DNA of 64,000 nt from Pyrinomonadaceae bacterium (GTDB taxonomy: Bacteria > Acidobacteriota > Blastocatellia > Pyrinomonadales > Pyrinomonadaceae): contig JBKBYA010000007.1 of the NCBI GenBank assembly GCA_046313635.1, positions 1 to 64,000 on the forward strand. Direction: 5' to 3'. Position 1 is the first letter of the stretch; each line of letters starts with the position of its first letter. Of this stretch, positions 30,717 through 40,048 are shown one piece after another. A model generated the notes under the pieces. It made no database searches and was not told the DNA's origin. It saw only the letters and a list, made by a program, of their open reading frames with translations. The position numbers and the translations under genes are program-made.

Positions 30717-31151
30717 ATGATCAGACGATCACTGCTCTTCTGTTTCCTGATCGGCCTCGCCGCCGCGGCAGATGCGCAGTCGGTTTACACGCCTGAGAAA
30801 GGCTCGCCCGAGCGCAAGGCGATCGTCGACGCGCTGCGGATGCCGGTCGAGCGCGACCTTAGGCAGAAGATCGTTTTTGTCGCCGACACGTTCAACGTCT
30901 CCGGCAGCTGGGCCTTTGTCGGCGGCACGCCGCAGAAGCCGGACGGCAAGCGGCCGGACTACAGCATCACAAAGTACGCGTCGGCGGTGGACGCCGGGGC
31001 CTTTGACAACAACTTCTTCGCGCTTTTGAAAAAGACGAGGGGCGTCTGGCGCGTGACGACATTCGCGATCGGCTGCACCGACGTCTGCTACGCCGACTGG
31101 TGGCGACGCTATAAGGCTCCGAGGGCCGTCTTTCCATATACAGAGCAGTGA
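30717..31151 (+). CDS. Hypothetical secreted protein
   Basis: Signal peptide MIRRSLLFCFLIGLAAAADA-Q; TPEKGSPERKAIVDALR; C-terminal GCTDVC. Confidence 0.75.
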   Translation: MIRRSLLFCFLIGLAAAADAQSVYTPEKGSPERKAIVDALRMPVERDLRQKIVFVADTFNVSGSWAFVGGTPQKPDGKRPDYSITKYASAVDAGAFDNNFFALLKKTRGVWRVTTFAIGCTDVCYADWWRRYKAPRAVFPYTEQ

Positions 31152-31705
31152 CCAAACGAGACATTATCTGGAAACTCGCCTACCTCGCCATCGCGGGCGG
31201 CGTCTTTATGATCGACCAGTCGACCAAGGCGTGGGCCGTGAGCCGTCTGCGGTTTGGCGACGACCGGGCGGTGATACCGGGCTTTTTGAATTTCGCGTAC
31301 GCGACGAATACGGGTGTCGCCTTTTCGATGTTTGACGATCACGGCGATGCCGGCCGCTGGGGTCTCTCGATCGTCGCCGGCATCGCGGGCGTGCTTGTGC
31401 TCTACTTCTTTTGGCGAACGCCGCGGACCGACGACCGCGTCCTCGGCGCGCTCGCGCTGCTGCTCGCCGGTATCGCCGGCAACGTCACCGACCGGGTGAG
31501 GCTCGGCCACGTCATCGACTTTATCGACGTGCAGTTCGGCTCGTGGCACTACCCGACATTCAACGTCGCCGACATCGCCATCTGCCTCGGCGCCGGGCTG
31601 CTGATCATCGACGTGTTTCTTGCTAAGAAGAAAGACAGCAGGACGAATGGGACGGCTGAGGACGGAGCGATCGCAAATCGAAATTCGCAAATCGAAAATA
31701 ACTGA
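31148..31705 (+). CDS. lspA: Lipoprotein signal peptidase II
   Basis: DQSTK, NTGVAFS, GNVTDR, VIDFID, FNVAD. Confidence 0.96.
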   Translation: MTKRDIIWKLAYLAIAGGVFMIDQSTKAWAVSRLRFGDDRAVIPGFLNFAYATNTGVAFSMFDDHGDAGRWGLSIVAGIAGVLVLYFFWRTPRTDDRVLGALALLLAGIAGNVTDRVRLGHVIDFIDVQFGSWHYPTFNVADIAICLGAGLLIIDVFLAKKKDSRTNGTAEDGAIANRNSQIENN

Positions 31706-32505
31706 TGTATCCCGAACTTTTCCGCATCGGCAATTTTCCCGTCACGAGCTACGGCCTTTGGCTCGCGGTCGGGATGCTGCTCGCTTTGTTTGTCGCCGCG
31801 CGGCTTGCGGGCCGTGACGGGCTGCCTCGCGAGCGAATCTACGATCTCGGTCTCTGGACGCTGATCGGCGGACTGCTCGGCTCAAAGCTGCTGATGATGT
31901 TTACCGAGCCGGGCGTGCAGGTTTTCACTCTCGATTTTCTGCGGTCGGGCGGCGTTTACTACGGCGGCTTTCTCGGCGGCTTTTTGGCGCTAGTGGTGCT
32001 GATCAGGTTTTACAAGCTGCCGTTCTGGAAGGTGGCCGACGCCTTTGCACCGGGCGTCGCGCTCGGGCAGGCGTTCGGCCGTCAGGGATGTTTTGCCGCG
32101 GGCTGCTGCTGGGGCAAGCCGACCGACCTTTTTTGGGGCGTGCACTTTACCGAGGCCGGCCACGAATACACGGGTGTACCGACCTACGGGCCTGACGGCA
32201 GCGAATTGTTTCTGCATCCGACGCAGCTCTACGAGTCGTTCTTTATGGTGCTCGTCTTTGCGCTGCTGTACTACCTGCATCGCCGCAAAAAGTTTGACGG
32301 TCAGGTGCTGATCGCGTACGGCATCGTTTACTCGATCTTTCGATTCCTGATCGAATTTGTCCGCGATGATCCGCGCGGCGACGTCGCGGGTCTCACAAGC
32401 CTGACGGGCCTCTCGACATCGCAGCTCATCAGCCTCGTCGTCGCGGCGGGAGCGATCGTCTTTATGATCGTGCGCCTGCGCAAGGCCGGAGCAGAGGAGA
32501 AGTGA
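31705..32505 (+). CDS. lgt: Prolipoprotein diacylglyceryl transferase
   Basis: MYPELF, YYGG, GRQGCFAAGCCWG, HPTQLYES, RFLIEFVR. Confidence 0.96.
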   Translation: MYPELFRIGNFPVTSYGLWLAVGMLLALFVAARLAGRDGLPRERIYDLGLWTLIGGLLGSKLLMMFTEPGVQVFTLDFLRSGGVYYGGFLGGFLALVVLIRFYKLPFWKVADAFAPGVALGQAFGRQGCFAAGCCWGKPTDLFWGVHFTEAGHEYTGVPTYGPDGSELFLHPTQLYESFFMVLVFALLYYLHRRKKFDGQVLIAYGIVYSIFRFLIEFVRDDPRGDVAGLTSLTGLSTSQLISLVVAAGAIVFMIVRLRKAGAEEK

Positions 32506-32506
32506 G

Positions 32507-32540
32507 AGCTGATAGCTGATAGCTGTCAGCTATCAGCTAT
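32507..32540. repeat. AGCTGAT heptamer palindromic repeat
   Basis: AGCTGAT AGCTGAT AGCTGTC AGCTATC AGCTAT. Confidence 0.7.
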
Positions 32541-32552
32541 TCCAAACCAGTC

Positions 32553-33560
32553 TTGCGATCGACCGACACAAACCAACAGTTCATTGCGTCCGGCGCCGAT
32601 GCCGGCATGCGGCTCGATGCGTTTCTCGCCGCGAAGATCGACGGCTGGTCGCGGTCGCGGCTCCAGCGTCTGATCGAGGACGGCGACGTTCTCGTCAATC
32701 AGAAGCAGACAAAAGCGTCGTACAAGCTGCGCGACGGTGACGAGATCGACGTCGAACTGACAGAGATACCGACCGCTCGATTCGAGCCCGAGTACATTCC
32801 GCTCGACATCGTCTTTGAAGACGAGCATCTCGCCGTCATCAATAAGCCCGCTGGGATGGTCGTGCATCCCGGCGCGGGCGTCTCGTCGGGCACTCTCGCC
32901 AACGCGATCGCGTGGCACTTCGAGTCAGAACCACCTGCGTCAGCGGGTGGTCAGTTCGCCGATCCGGCGAGAGACTGGCCGCCTGCTGACGCGGGCGGTT
33001 CTGACCGGGTCGGCATCGTTCATCGTCTTGATAAGGACACCTCGGGGCTGATCGTCGTCGCCAAAGACGAACGTACGCACGAGGCGCTCGCGGAGCAGTT
33101 TCGCAGCCGAACTGTTTACAAAAAGTACGTCGCACTCGTGCACGGCAGCCCGCGTGAGGATCAGGGCAAGATCGACCGTCCGATCGCACGCGACCGATGG
33201 CACCGGACCAAGATGACCGCAGCCGCGAACGGCCGCGCCGCGCTCTCGCTGTGGAAAGTGCGCGAGCGTTTTGAAAAATTCACGCTCCTAGACGTCGAGA
33301 TCAAAACGGGCCGCACGCACCAGATCCGCGTTCATCTCGCGTCGATCAATCACCCGGTCGTCGGCGACGCCGTCTACAACGAGGGCCGCGACAACACTAT
33401 CGCCGACCAGACGATCAAAAAGGCCGTCGCCGGTCTCGGCCGATTTTTTCTTCACGCGGAGACTCTCGCCGTCGATCACCCCGCGACGGGCGAACGCCTG
33501 AAATTTACCTCACCGCTCCCCGACGAACTACATCGTCTGCTCGATCTTCTTCGCTCTTAG
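32553..33560 (+). CDS. rluD: RluA/RluD-family pseudouridine synthase
   Basis: S4 domain RLDAFLA, NKPAGMVVHP, HRLDKDTSG, GRTHQIRVH, LHA. Confidence 0.9.
   Translation: MRSTDTNQQFIASGADAGMRLDAFLAAKIDGWSRSRLQRLIEDGDVLVNQKQTKASYKLRDGDEIDVELTEIPTARFEPEYIPLDIVFEDEHLAVINKPAGMVVHPGAGVSSGTLANAIAWHFESEPPASAGGQFADPARDWPPADAGGSDRVGIVHRLDKDTSGLIVVAKDERTHEALAEQFRSRTVYKKYVALVHGSPREDQGKIDRPIARDRWHRTKMTAAANGRAALSLWKVRERFEKFTLLDVEIKTGRTHQIRVHLASINHPVVGDAVYNEGRDNTIADQTIKKAVAGLGRFFLHAETLAVDHPATGERLKFTSPLPDELHRLLDLLRS
32924..33005. repeat. REPIN-like palindrome in-frame in the pseudouridine synthase gene
   Basis: GTCAGAACCACCTGCGTCAGCGGGTGGTCAGT ... ACTGGCCGCCTGCTGACGCGGGCGGTTCTGAC. Confidence 0.85.
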
Positions 33561-33579
33561 CCGCTGCATCTCCACACGC

Positions 33580-33735
33580 TCATTGCATTTCCGGTGGCCG
33601 CACGTCGGCCCGGACCGAAAATGCCGTCTGCATAGGACGCTCGGCGGTCCGCTTTTGCGCGGCGGCAGGCGGGGTCAGGAGGATAGAGGCCGCGGCGGCC
33701 GCGACGAGCGAGAGGTCGATCAGGTTGAGTTTCAT
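33580..33735 (-). CDS. Possible small secreted peptide or truncated gene (51 aa)
   Basis: ATG at 33735 after AAGGA; signal-peptide-like MKLNLIDLSLVAAAAASILLTPPAAA-Q. Confidence 0.3.
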   Translation of the reverse strand: MKLNLIDLSLVAAAAASILLTPPAAAQKRTAERPMQTAFSVRADVRPPEMQ

Positions 33736-33904
33736 TCTTTTTTCACTTTCCTTGGTTAGATTTCCCCTTCTGCGATCGCCCTGTGCGCGCGGCGCGGCAA
33801 AAAAGACACCTCGGCGTCGATCCGAGATATTCGCGCGTCGCCGGGGCGATCGGTGTGTGTGATAACTTATCTGAAAAAATCCGAGCTCACCGATCAATAA
33901 AACA

Positions 33905-36202
33905 ATGGATCTTTACAAACCCGTACTCCTCATCGCTCTCGTACTCTCGTCTGCGTTTGTCTCTAGCGCGCAGCGCATCGACGTCGTCCCGCGGCCCGAC
34001 GCGGTCGTGCCGAAGAGCGGCGAATTCAAGCTCGGGCGCAAGACAAAGATCGTCTCCGCGAGCGAGCCCGCGCGCAGGATGGCCGGCATCCTCAACGGCC
34101 TGCTCAAGCGCAATTTCGGTCTCGAGCTGGAGGTGACTGACGGTCGGCCGGCCAAGAACAAGATCGAACTGATCATCGCTCTCCCCTCCGGCGGCGCGCG
34201 GCTCGGCGAGGACTACACGCTCGAGGTGACGCGCGACTCGATCACTATTGCAGGCACCGAGGCCGGGGCCTTTTACGGCATACAGACGCTCATGCAGCTG
34301 CTGCCGGCCGCGGGCGGCAGAGCGAGCTACAAGGTGCCCGCCGTCGAGATCCGCGACCAGCCGCGCTTCGGCTATCGCGGAATGCATCTCGACGTGAGCC
34401 GGCATTTCTTCACGGTCGAATTCGTCAAGAAGTACATCGACCTGATGTCGCAGTACAAGTTCAACACTTTTCACTGGCACCTGACCGACGATCAGGGCTG
34501 GCGGATCGAGATCAAAAAGTATCCGCGGCTGACCGAGGTCGGCTCCAAGCGGCCCGAAACGGTCGTCGGCCGAAACCTCTCGCCCTACATCGGCGACAAG
34601 ACGCCCGTCGAGGGCTTTTACACACAGGACGAGATCCGCGACGTCGTCGCCTACGCGAGGGCCCGATACGTCACCGTCATTCCCGAGATCGAATTGCCGG
34701 GCCACGCGTCTGCCGCGATCGCCGCGTATCCGCAGCTCGGCTGCAAGACGGACCTTCAGTACAAGGTGCAGACGACTTGGGGAATTTTCAAAGAGACGTT
34801 TTGCCCGACCGACGAAACCTTTAAGTTTCTCGAGGACGTGCTGGCCGAGGTGATCGAGCTGTTTCCCGACTCGCCGTACATTCACATCGGCGGCGACGAG
34901 GTCTTAAAAGATCATTGGAAGGAGTCTGAATTCGTACAGCAGCTAAAGCAGCGCGAGAGTCTCAAGGACGAGCACGAGGTGCAGAGCTACTTTGTGCGGC
35001 GGATCGAGCGGTTCATCAACTCCAAAGGCAAAAAGATCATCGGTTGGGACGAGATACTCGAGGGCGGCGTCGCGCCGAACGCGACCATCATGAGCTGGCG
35101 CGGCGAGCGGGGCGGCATCGAGGCCGCCAAGGCAAAACACGACGTCATAATGACGCCGAACACATACGTCTACTTCGACTACGGCCAAGGCGACCCGGCG
35201 TTCGAGCCGCTCAATATCGGCAGTTACATTCCGCTCGCAAAGGTCTACGGCTGGGACCCCGTGCCCAAAGACCTGACCGCGGACGAGGCCAGGTACATCC
35301 TCGGCGGTCAGGCCAACGTCTGGACCGAGTATCTAAAGACGCCGCAGGCGGTCGAGTATATGGCCTTTCCGCGGATGATCGCGCTCGCCGAGGCGCTGTG
35401 GACGCGGCCCGAGAACAAGGACCACGCCGACTTTGCCCGCCGCCTCGCCGCGCATCTGCCGCGGCTCGACCGGCAGAATGTGAACTATCGCATCCCCGAG
35501 CCCGCCGGCCTGCGAAATATGTTTGTCCCAACGGCGGGCGACGGCAAGGTCGAGCTCGCGCTGACGCCATTTGCCGCCGGGCAAAAGATCTACTACACGA
35601 CCGACGGCTCGACGCCGGACGAGAGGTCGGCAGAGTATCGCGGCCCGATCGCTTTGAGTCTTGCGTCCGGCGAGATCAAAACTTTGAAAACGATCGTCGC
35701 GACGCCGACCGGCCGGAAGAGCGTCGTCTATGCCGCGACCATCGTCCGCCGCGACCCGCTGCCGGCGTCCACGCTGAGCGAGAGGAGGCCGGGAGTCGAC
35801 TTTGAACTCTTGATACCGAACGACGACGCACGGGCAAAGGACGGCGTAATCCGCGCCGAGACTCGCTCGATCACCCTCGACCAATTCGCAAGGAGCTACG
35901 ACCTCAAGAAACCCTTTGCCGTCACATTCGACGGCTACATCAACGCGCCCGTCGACGGCGTGTACGAGCTGCAGGCCGACGCGACATGGGACGTCACTGT
36001 CGTGCTCGACGGTGAAAAGCTGATCGACGACGCCGGCACAAAAGACCGCAGGGTGCGATCGGCGATCGTCCCGCTCAAGGCCGGGCTGCACAAGATCTCG
36101 CTGCGCTACAACCATCGCGGCGGCGACGCGACTTTCAGATTCCTGTTCGGGCAAAAGGGCCAGGGTCTCTCGCGGCTCTACGGCGGCGAGTTTGTGCATT
36201 GA
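33905..36202 (+). CDS. GH20 beta-N-acetylhexosaminidase with Fn3-associated and PA14-like domains
   Basis: RGMHLDVSRHF, HWHLTDDQGWR, HIGGDE, GGQANVWTEY, YYTTDGSTP. Confidence 0.95.
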   Translation: MDLYKPVLLIALVLSSAFVSSAQRIDVVPRPDAVVPKSGEFKLGRKTKIVSASEPARRMAGILNGLLKRNFGLELEVTDGRPAKNKIELIIALPSGGARLGEDYTLEVTRDSITIAGTEAGAFYGIQTLMQLLPAAGGRASYKVPAVEIRDQPRFGYRGMHLDVSRHFFTVEFVKKYIDLMSQYKFNTFHWHLTDDQGWRIEIKKYPRLTEVGSKRPETVVGRNLSPYIGDKTPVEGFYTQDEIRDVVAYARARYVTVIPEIELPGHASAAIAAYPQLGCKTDLQYKVQTTWGIFKETFCPTDETFKFLEDVLAEVIELFPDSPYIHIGGDEVLKDHWKESEFVQQLKQRESLKDEHEVQSYFVRRIERFINSKGKKIIGWDEILEGGVAPNATIMSWRGERGGIEAAKAKHDVIMTPNTYVYFDYGQGDPAFEPLNIGSYIPLAKVYGWDPVPKDLTADEARYILGGQANVWTEYLKTPQAVEYMAFPRMIALAEALWTRPENKDHADFARRLAAHLPRLDRQNVNYRIPEPAGLRNMFVPTAGDGKVELALTPFAAGQKIYYTTDGSTPDERSAEYRGPIALSLASGEIKTLKTIVATPTGRKSVVYAATIVRRDPLPASTLSERRPGVDFELLIPNDDARAKDGVIRAETRSITLDQFARSYDLKKPFAVTFDGYINAPVDGVYELQADATWDVTVVLDGEKLIDDAGTKDRRVRSAIVPLKAGLHKISLRYNHRGGDATFRFLFGQKGQGLSRLYGGEFVH

Positions 36203-36207
36203 GATGC

Positions 36208-36293
36208 TTCCCGCAAAGTCGCAAAGCTGCGAAGATGACGACGCAGGGCCCCGCAGAGTTTATTCCATTGCGGTCCTTGCGGCTTTGCGTGAA
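36208..36293. repeat. Inverted CGCAAAG/CTTTGCG repeat element
   Basis: TTCCCGCAAAGTCGCAAAG ... CTTGCGGCTTTGCGTGAA. Confidence 0.7.
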
Positions 36294-36307
36294 ACTTCCT
36301 ATCGATC

Positions 36308-39300
36308 ATGAAAAAGCTCCTCGTTCTCGTCCTCCTGCTCACCGCTCACTCCTTACTGCTCCCTACACATGCGCAGCGCGCGACGACGGTCGACCACACA
36401 CGCTGGGTGAATCCCTTTATAGGCACCGGCGGTCACGGTCACACTTTTCCCGGCGCGGTGGTGCCCTTCGGAATGGTCCAGCTCTCGCCCGACACGCGCG
36501 AAGCGAACTGGGACGGGTCGTCCGGCTACCACTACTCGGACGATGTGATCTACGGCTTTTCGCACACGCACCTGAGCGGGACCGGCATTCCGGACGGCTG
36601 CGATATTTTGTTCATGCCGACGGTCGGCAGGCCGCAGTTTTTCGCGAAGGCCGGCGACAGGTCAGTCAACGGTTACGCCTCAAAATTCTCGCACGCTAAC
36701 GAAAAGGCGGAGCCGGGTTATTACTCGGTAAGGCTGGATGACGACGGGATCTTTGCCGAAATGACGGCGACCAAGCGCGTCGGGTTTCACCGCTATACTT
36801 TTCCGGCCGATGCCGAGGCAAAGATCACACTCGATCTAACTTGGCGGGACAAAACGCTGATGTCACAGATCGATGTCAAAGGAGATCGGATAGAAGGATG
36901 GCGGCGTTCATCTTCGTGGGCAAGAGACCAGACCATATACTTCGCAGCCCAATTTTCCGAGCGTTTCGCTGCACCATATTGGCACGAGGAATACATCTAT
37001 CCAGAGCCTCATATCACAGAGCACCAGGCGTGGATCGATAGAAGTCTTGGTCAAAATATCAGAGTAGCCTTCCCGTTCAGTAAGCCTAAGAATCGACAGA
37101 TCCTGCTCAAGGTCGCCGTCTCCTACGTCTCGATCGAAGGCGCTCGCAAGAATCTTGAGGCCGAGCTTCCCGGCTGGGATTTTGACAAGGTGCGTGCCGA
37201 CGCAAAGGATGCTTGGAACAAAGAGCTGAGCAAGATCAAGGTCTCTGGCGGGACGCCGGAGCAGACGACCAACTTCTACACGGCGCTCTATCACACGATG
37301 ATCCACCCGAGCGTCTTCAACGACGTTGACGGCCGGTATCGCGGGCTGGACGGCAAGGTGCATATTCTACGGAACGCGGACGCCCTCGTCCGCAATGAGC
37401 GTGGAGCGCGAAGAACAGCTGACGCCGCAAGCGGCGTTGGCGGACGAGGGCGTCCGCGTTCCGAGCAATACACCGTCTTCTCGCTGTGGGACACGTTCCG
37501 CGCGGCGCATCCGCTTTATACGATCATCGACCAGCGGCGCACGGTCGACTTTATCAACACGTTCATCCGAATCTACGAGCAGGGCGGGCGGCTGCCGGTG
37601 TGGGAATTGTGGGGCAACGAGACCGACACGATGATCGGCTATCACGCGGTGCCTGTGATCGCCGACGCGATGGCGAAGGGCATCAAGGGCTTTGACTACG
37701 AAAAGGCTTACGAGGCCGCGAAGCACTCCGCCGAGCTCGACAACTTCGGCCTCGCAGCCTACAAACGCCGCGGATACATCTCGATGGAGGACGAGAACGA
37801 GTCGGTCTCGCGAACGCTCGAGTACGCCTACGACGACTGGTGCATCATGAGCATGGCGTCGCTGCTCTTTAACTACCGTTCGCTCGGCCCCGGCGCGAAG
37901 AACGTGAATGCTGAGAACGACCCCTACTTGAAAGATCTCGCGAGAGACATCGACCATTACCGCCGGCGCGCCGGTAATTTCGAAAACCTCTTTGACACAA
38001 AGACCGGCTTCTTCCGCCCGAAAAGGAACGGCGGATTTGTCGAGCCCTTTGCGCCGAACGAGGTGACGTTCGGATTCACCGAGGGCAACTCGTGGCAGTA
38101 CTCCTTCTTTGTCCCGCACGACGTGACGCGGCTGATGGAGCTGATGGGCGGACAAGACAAATTCGTGGCAAAACTCGACGAGCTCTTTACCACCGAACAA
38201 AAACTGGCGGGGCGTGAGCAGGCCGATCTCACGGGCCTCATCGGCCAGTACGCTCACGGCAACGAACCTTCGCACCACATCGCTTATCTCTACAACTACG
38301 CGGGCCGGCCGTCGAAAACCCAAAAGTACGTCCGCCGGATAATGGACGAATTCTACAAGCCGACGCCCGACGGCCTGATCGGCAACGAGGACTGCGGCCA
38401 GATGTCTGCGTGGTACGTGCTGAGCGCGAGCGGCTTTTATCCAGTAGTGCCCGGCCAGACGCGTTACGAGCTGGGCACGCCGCTCTTCAAACAGATCGCC
38501 TTCGATCTCGAGAACGGAAAGCGCTTTGTCGTCCGCGCGCCGAATGTCTCGCCGAAGAATATCTATGTAAAGTCGGCGCGTTGGAACGGCCGGCCGCAGA
38601 CGGTCTCGTATCTCGTACACGAGCAGATCATGGCCGGCGGCGTTCTCGAGCTCGAGATGAGCGACACGCCGAACGACGCGGCATTTGAGCACTACTCGTC
38701 CACTACCGTTTACCAGGACCGCCCGGCCGTGCCGGCGATCGACGGCGGAGGACGGGTCTTTGTCTCGTCGACCAAAGTGTCTCTGACCTCGACGCGGCGA
38801 AACGCAAAGATCTACTACACTCTTGACGGCAGCAAGCCGGGACGAAATTCGAATTTGTACACCGGCCCATTTGTCATCGACAAGACCACGACGATAAAGG
38901 CGATCGCGGTCGCCGGCGACGGGGCCGCTTCGCTGACGGCCGAAGCGACATTCCAAAAGCAGCCCAACGACTGGACCGTCAAAGTGCTCTCCGGCTACAG
39001 CTCGCAGTACACGGGCGGCGGCGACAACGCGATCGTTGACGGCATTCGCGGGACGACGAATTTTGCGAGCGGCGAATGGCAGGGCGTGCAGGGCAAAACT
39101 TACGAAGCCGTCGTCGATCTGCGGCGAATGACGGAGATCAAAGAATTGGGCGCGAGCTTCCTGCAGGTCGCCGGACCGTGGATCTGGATGCCGGACCGCG
39201 TCGAGTTTGAAGTGTCGACCGACGGCGCGAGCTTTGTAAAAGCGGCCGAGATCCGCCCCGCATTTCCGCAGGACGAGATGACGCCGACGATCAAAGAGTT

Positions 39301-39433
39301 TCGGCGGTCGATCACGCCGACGCGGGCGCGATACGTGCGGATTCGAGCGTTCAACTTCGGCAAGATCCCGTCGTGGCATCCGGGCGCAGGCGGCTGGCCG
39401 TGGATCTTTATCGACGAGATCTTCGTCAGCTGA
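36308..39433 (+). CDS. GH92 alpha-1,2-mannosidase
   Basis: VNPFIGTGGHGHTFPGA, FSLWDTFRA, EGNSWQY, HGNEPSHH, GNEDCGQMSAWY. Confidence 0.95.
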   Translation: MKKLLVLVLLLTAHSLLLPTHAQRATTVDHTRWVNPFIGTGGHGHTFPGAVVPFGMVQLSPDTREANWDGSSGYHYSDDVIYGFSHTHLSGTGIPDGCDILFMPTVGRPQFFAKAGDRSVNGYASKFSHANEKAEPGYYSVRLDDDGIFAEMTATKRVGFHRYTFPADAEAKITLDLTWRDKTLMSQIDVKGDRIEGWRRSSSWARDQTIYFAAQFSERFAAPYWHEEYIYPEPHITEHQAWIDRSLGQNIRVAFPFSKPKNRQILLKVAVSYVSIEGARKNLEAELPGWDFDKVRADAKDAWNKELSKIKVSGGTPEQTTNFYTALYHTMIHPSVFNDVDGRYRGLDGKVHILRNADALVRNERGARRTADAASGVGGRGRPRSEQYTVFSLWDTFRAAHPLYTIIDQRRTVDFINTFIRIYEQGGRLPVWELWGNETDTMIGYHAVPVIADAMAKGIKGFDYEKAYEAAKHSAELDNFGLAAYKRRGYISMEDENESVSRTLEYAYDDWCIMSMASLLFNYRSLGPGAKNVNAENDPYLKDLARDIDHYRRRAGNFENLFDTKTGFFRPKRNGGFVEPFAPNEVTFGFTEGNSWQYSFFVPHDVTRLMELMGGQDKFVAKLDELFTTEQKLAGREQADLTGLIGQYAHGNEPSHHIAYLYNYAGRPSKTQKYVRRIMDEFYKPTPDGLIGNEDCGQMSAWYVLSASGFYPVVPGQTRYELGTPLFKQIAFDLENGKRFVVRAPNVSPKNIYVKSARWNGRPQTVSYLVHEQIMAGGVLELEMSDTPNDAAFEHYSSTTVYQDRPAVPAIDGGGRVFVSSTKVSLTSTRRNAKIYYTLDGSKPGRNSNLYTGPFVIDKTTTIKAIAVAGDGAASLTAEATFQKQPNDWTVKVLSGYSSQYTGGGDNAIVDGIRGTTNFASGEWQGVQGKTYEAVVDLRRMTEIKELGASFLQVAGPWIWMPDRVEFEVSTDGASFVKAAEIRPAFPQDEMTPTIKEFRRSITPTRARYVRIRAFNFGKIPSWHPGAGGWPWIFIDEIFVS
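37370..37463. repeat. REPIN-like element with perfect 24-bp inverted repeats, in-frame in the GH92 gene
   Basis: CGGAACGCGGACGCCCTCGTCCGC ... GCGGACGAGGGCGTCCGCGTTCCG. Confidence 0.88.
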
Positions 39434-39473
39434 CGCCCCTGGCGCGGAGGGCCGCGAAGTTATCGGCCGCTGA

Positions 39474-39489
39474 CGTGACGACCGTCACA
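39474..39489. promoter_or_regulatory. CRP/FNR-family binding site upstream of nrfH
   Basis: CGTGA-CGACCG-TCACA vs consensus TGTGA-N6-TCACA. Confidence 0.5.
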
Positions 39490-39535
39490 CGATGACGACT
39501 TGCGGCCATTTAAATTCGATTTGAGTCGCCCGAGA

Positions 39536-40006
39536 ATGAACGTGCACACATTAAAACTTGTCATCGCCGCGATCGGCATCGGGCTGGCGGTCGGCGTAAG
39601 CGCGTATACCTTTGTCTATGCGAAGGGATACTCGTATCTCAGCAACGATCCGAATTCGTGCGCGAACTGTCACGTGATGAACGAGCAGTACAACGCCTGG
39701 CAAAAGTCGAGTCACCATTCGGTTGCGACGTGCAACGACTGTCACACGCCGCACGACGTCTTGAACAAGTATTACACCAAGGCCTCGAACGGCTTTTGGC
39801 ACTCGTACTACTTCACGACCAATTCATTTCACGAGCCGATCCAGATCACCGAGCGCAATCGCCAGGTGACCGAAGCGTCGTGCCGCAATTGCCATCAGAC
39901 GATGGTCGAGTCGATCACCGCTGGCGCCGCGGCAAGACAGCACCCCGAAATGGACGAGGGCGTCTCATGCATCCGATGCCACCGCTCGGTCGGGCATCTG
40001 CACTAA
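39536..40006 (+). CDS. nrfH: Cytochrome c nitrite reductase small subunit NrfH
   Basis: N-terminal TM helix, 4 CXXCH motifs (CANCH, CNDCH, CRNCH, CIRCH), C-terminal VGH. Confidence 0.93.
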   Translation: MNVHTLKLVIAAIGIGLAVGVSAYTFVYAKGYSYLSNDPNSCANCHVMNEQYNAWQKSSHHSVATCNDCHTPHDVLNKYYTKASNGFWHSYYFTTNSFHEPIQITERNRQVTEASCRNCHQTMVESITAGAAARQHPEMDEGVSCIRCHRSVGHLH

Positions 40007-40048
40007 CGGCTGCCGCATGACCTGAGGCGAGCACATTTTGAAAAAGCT

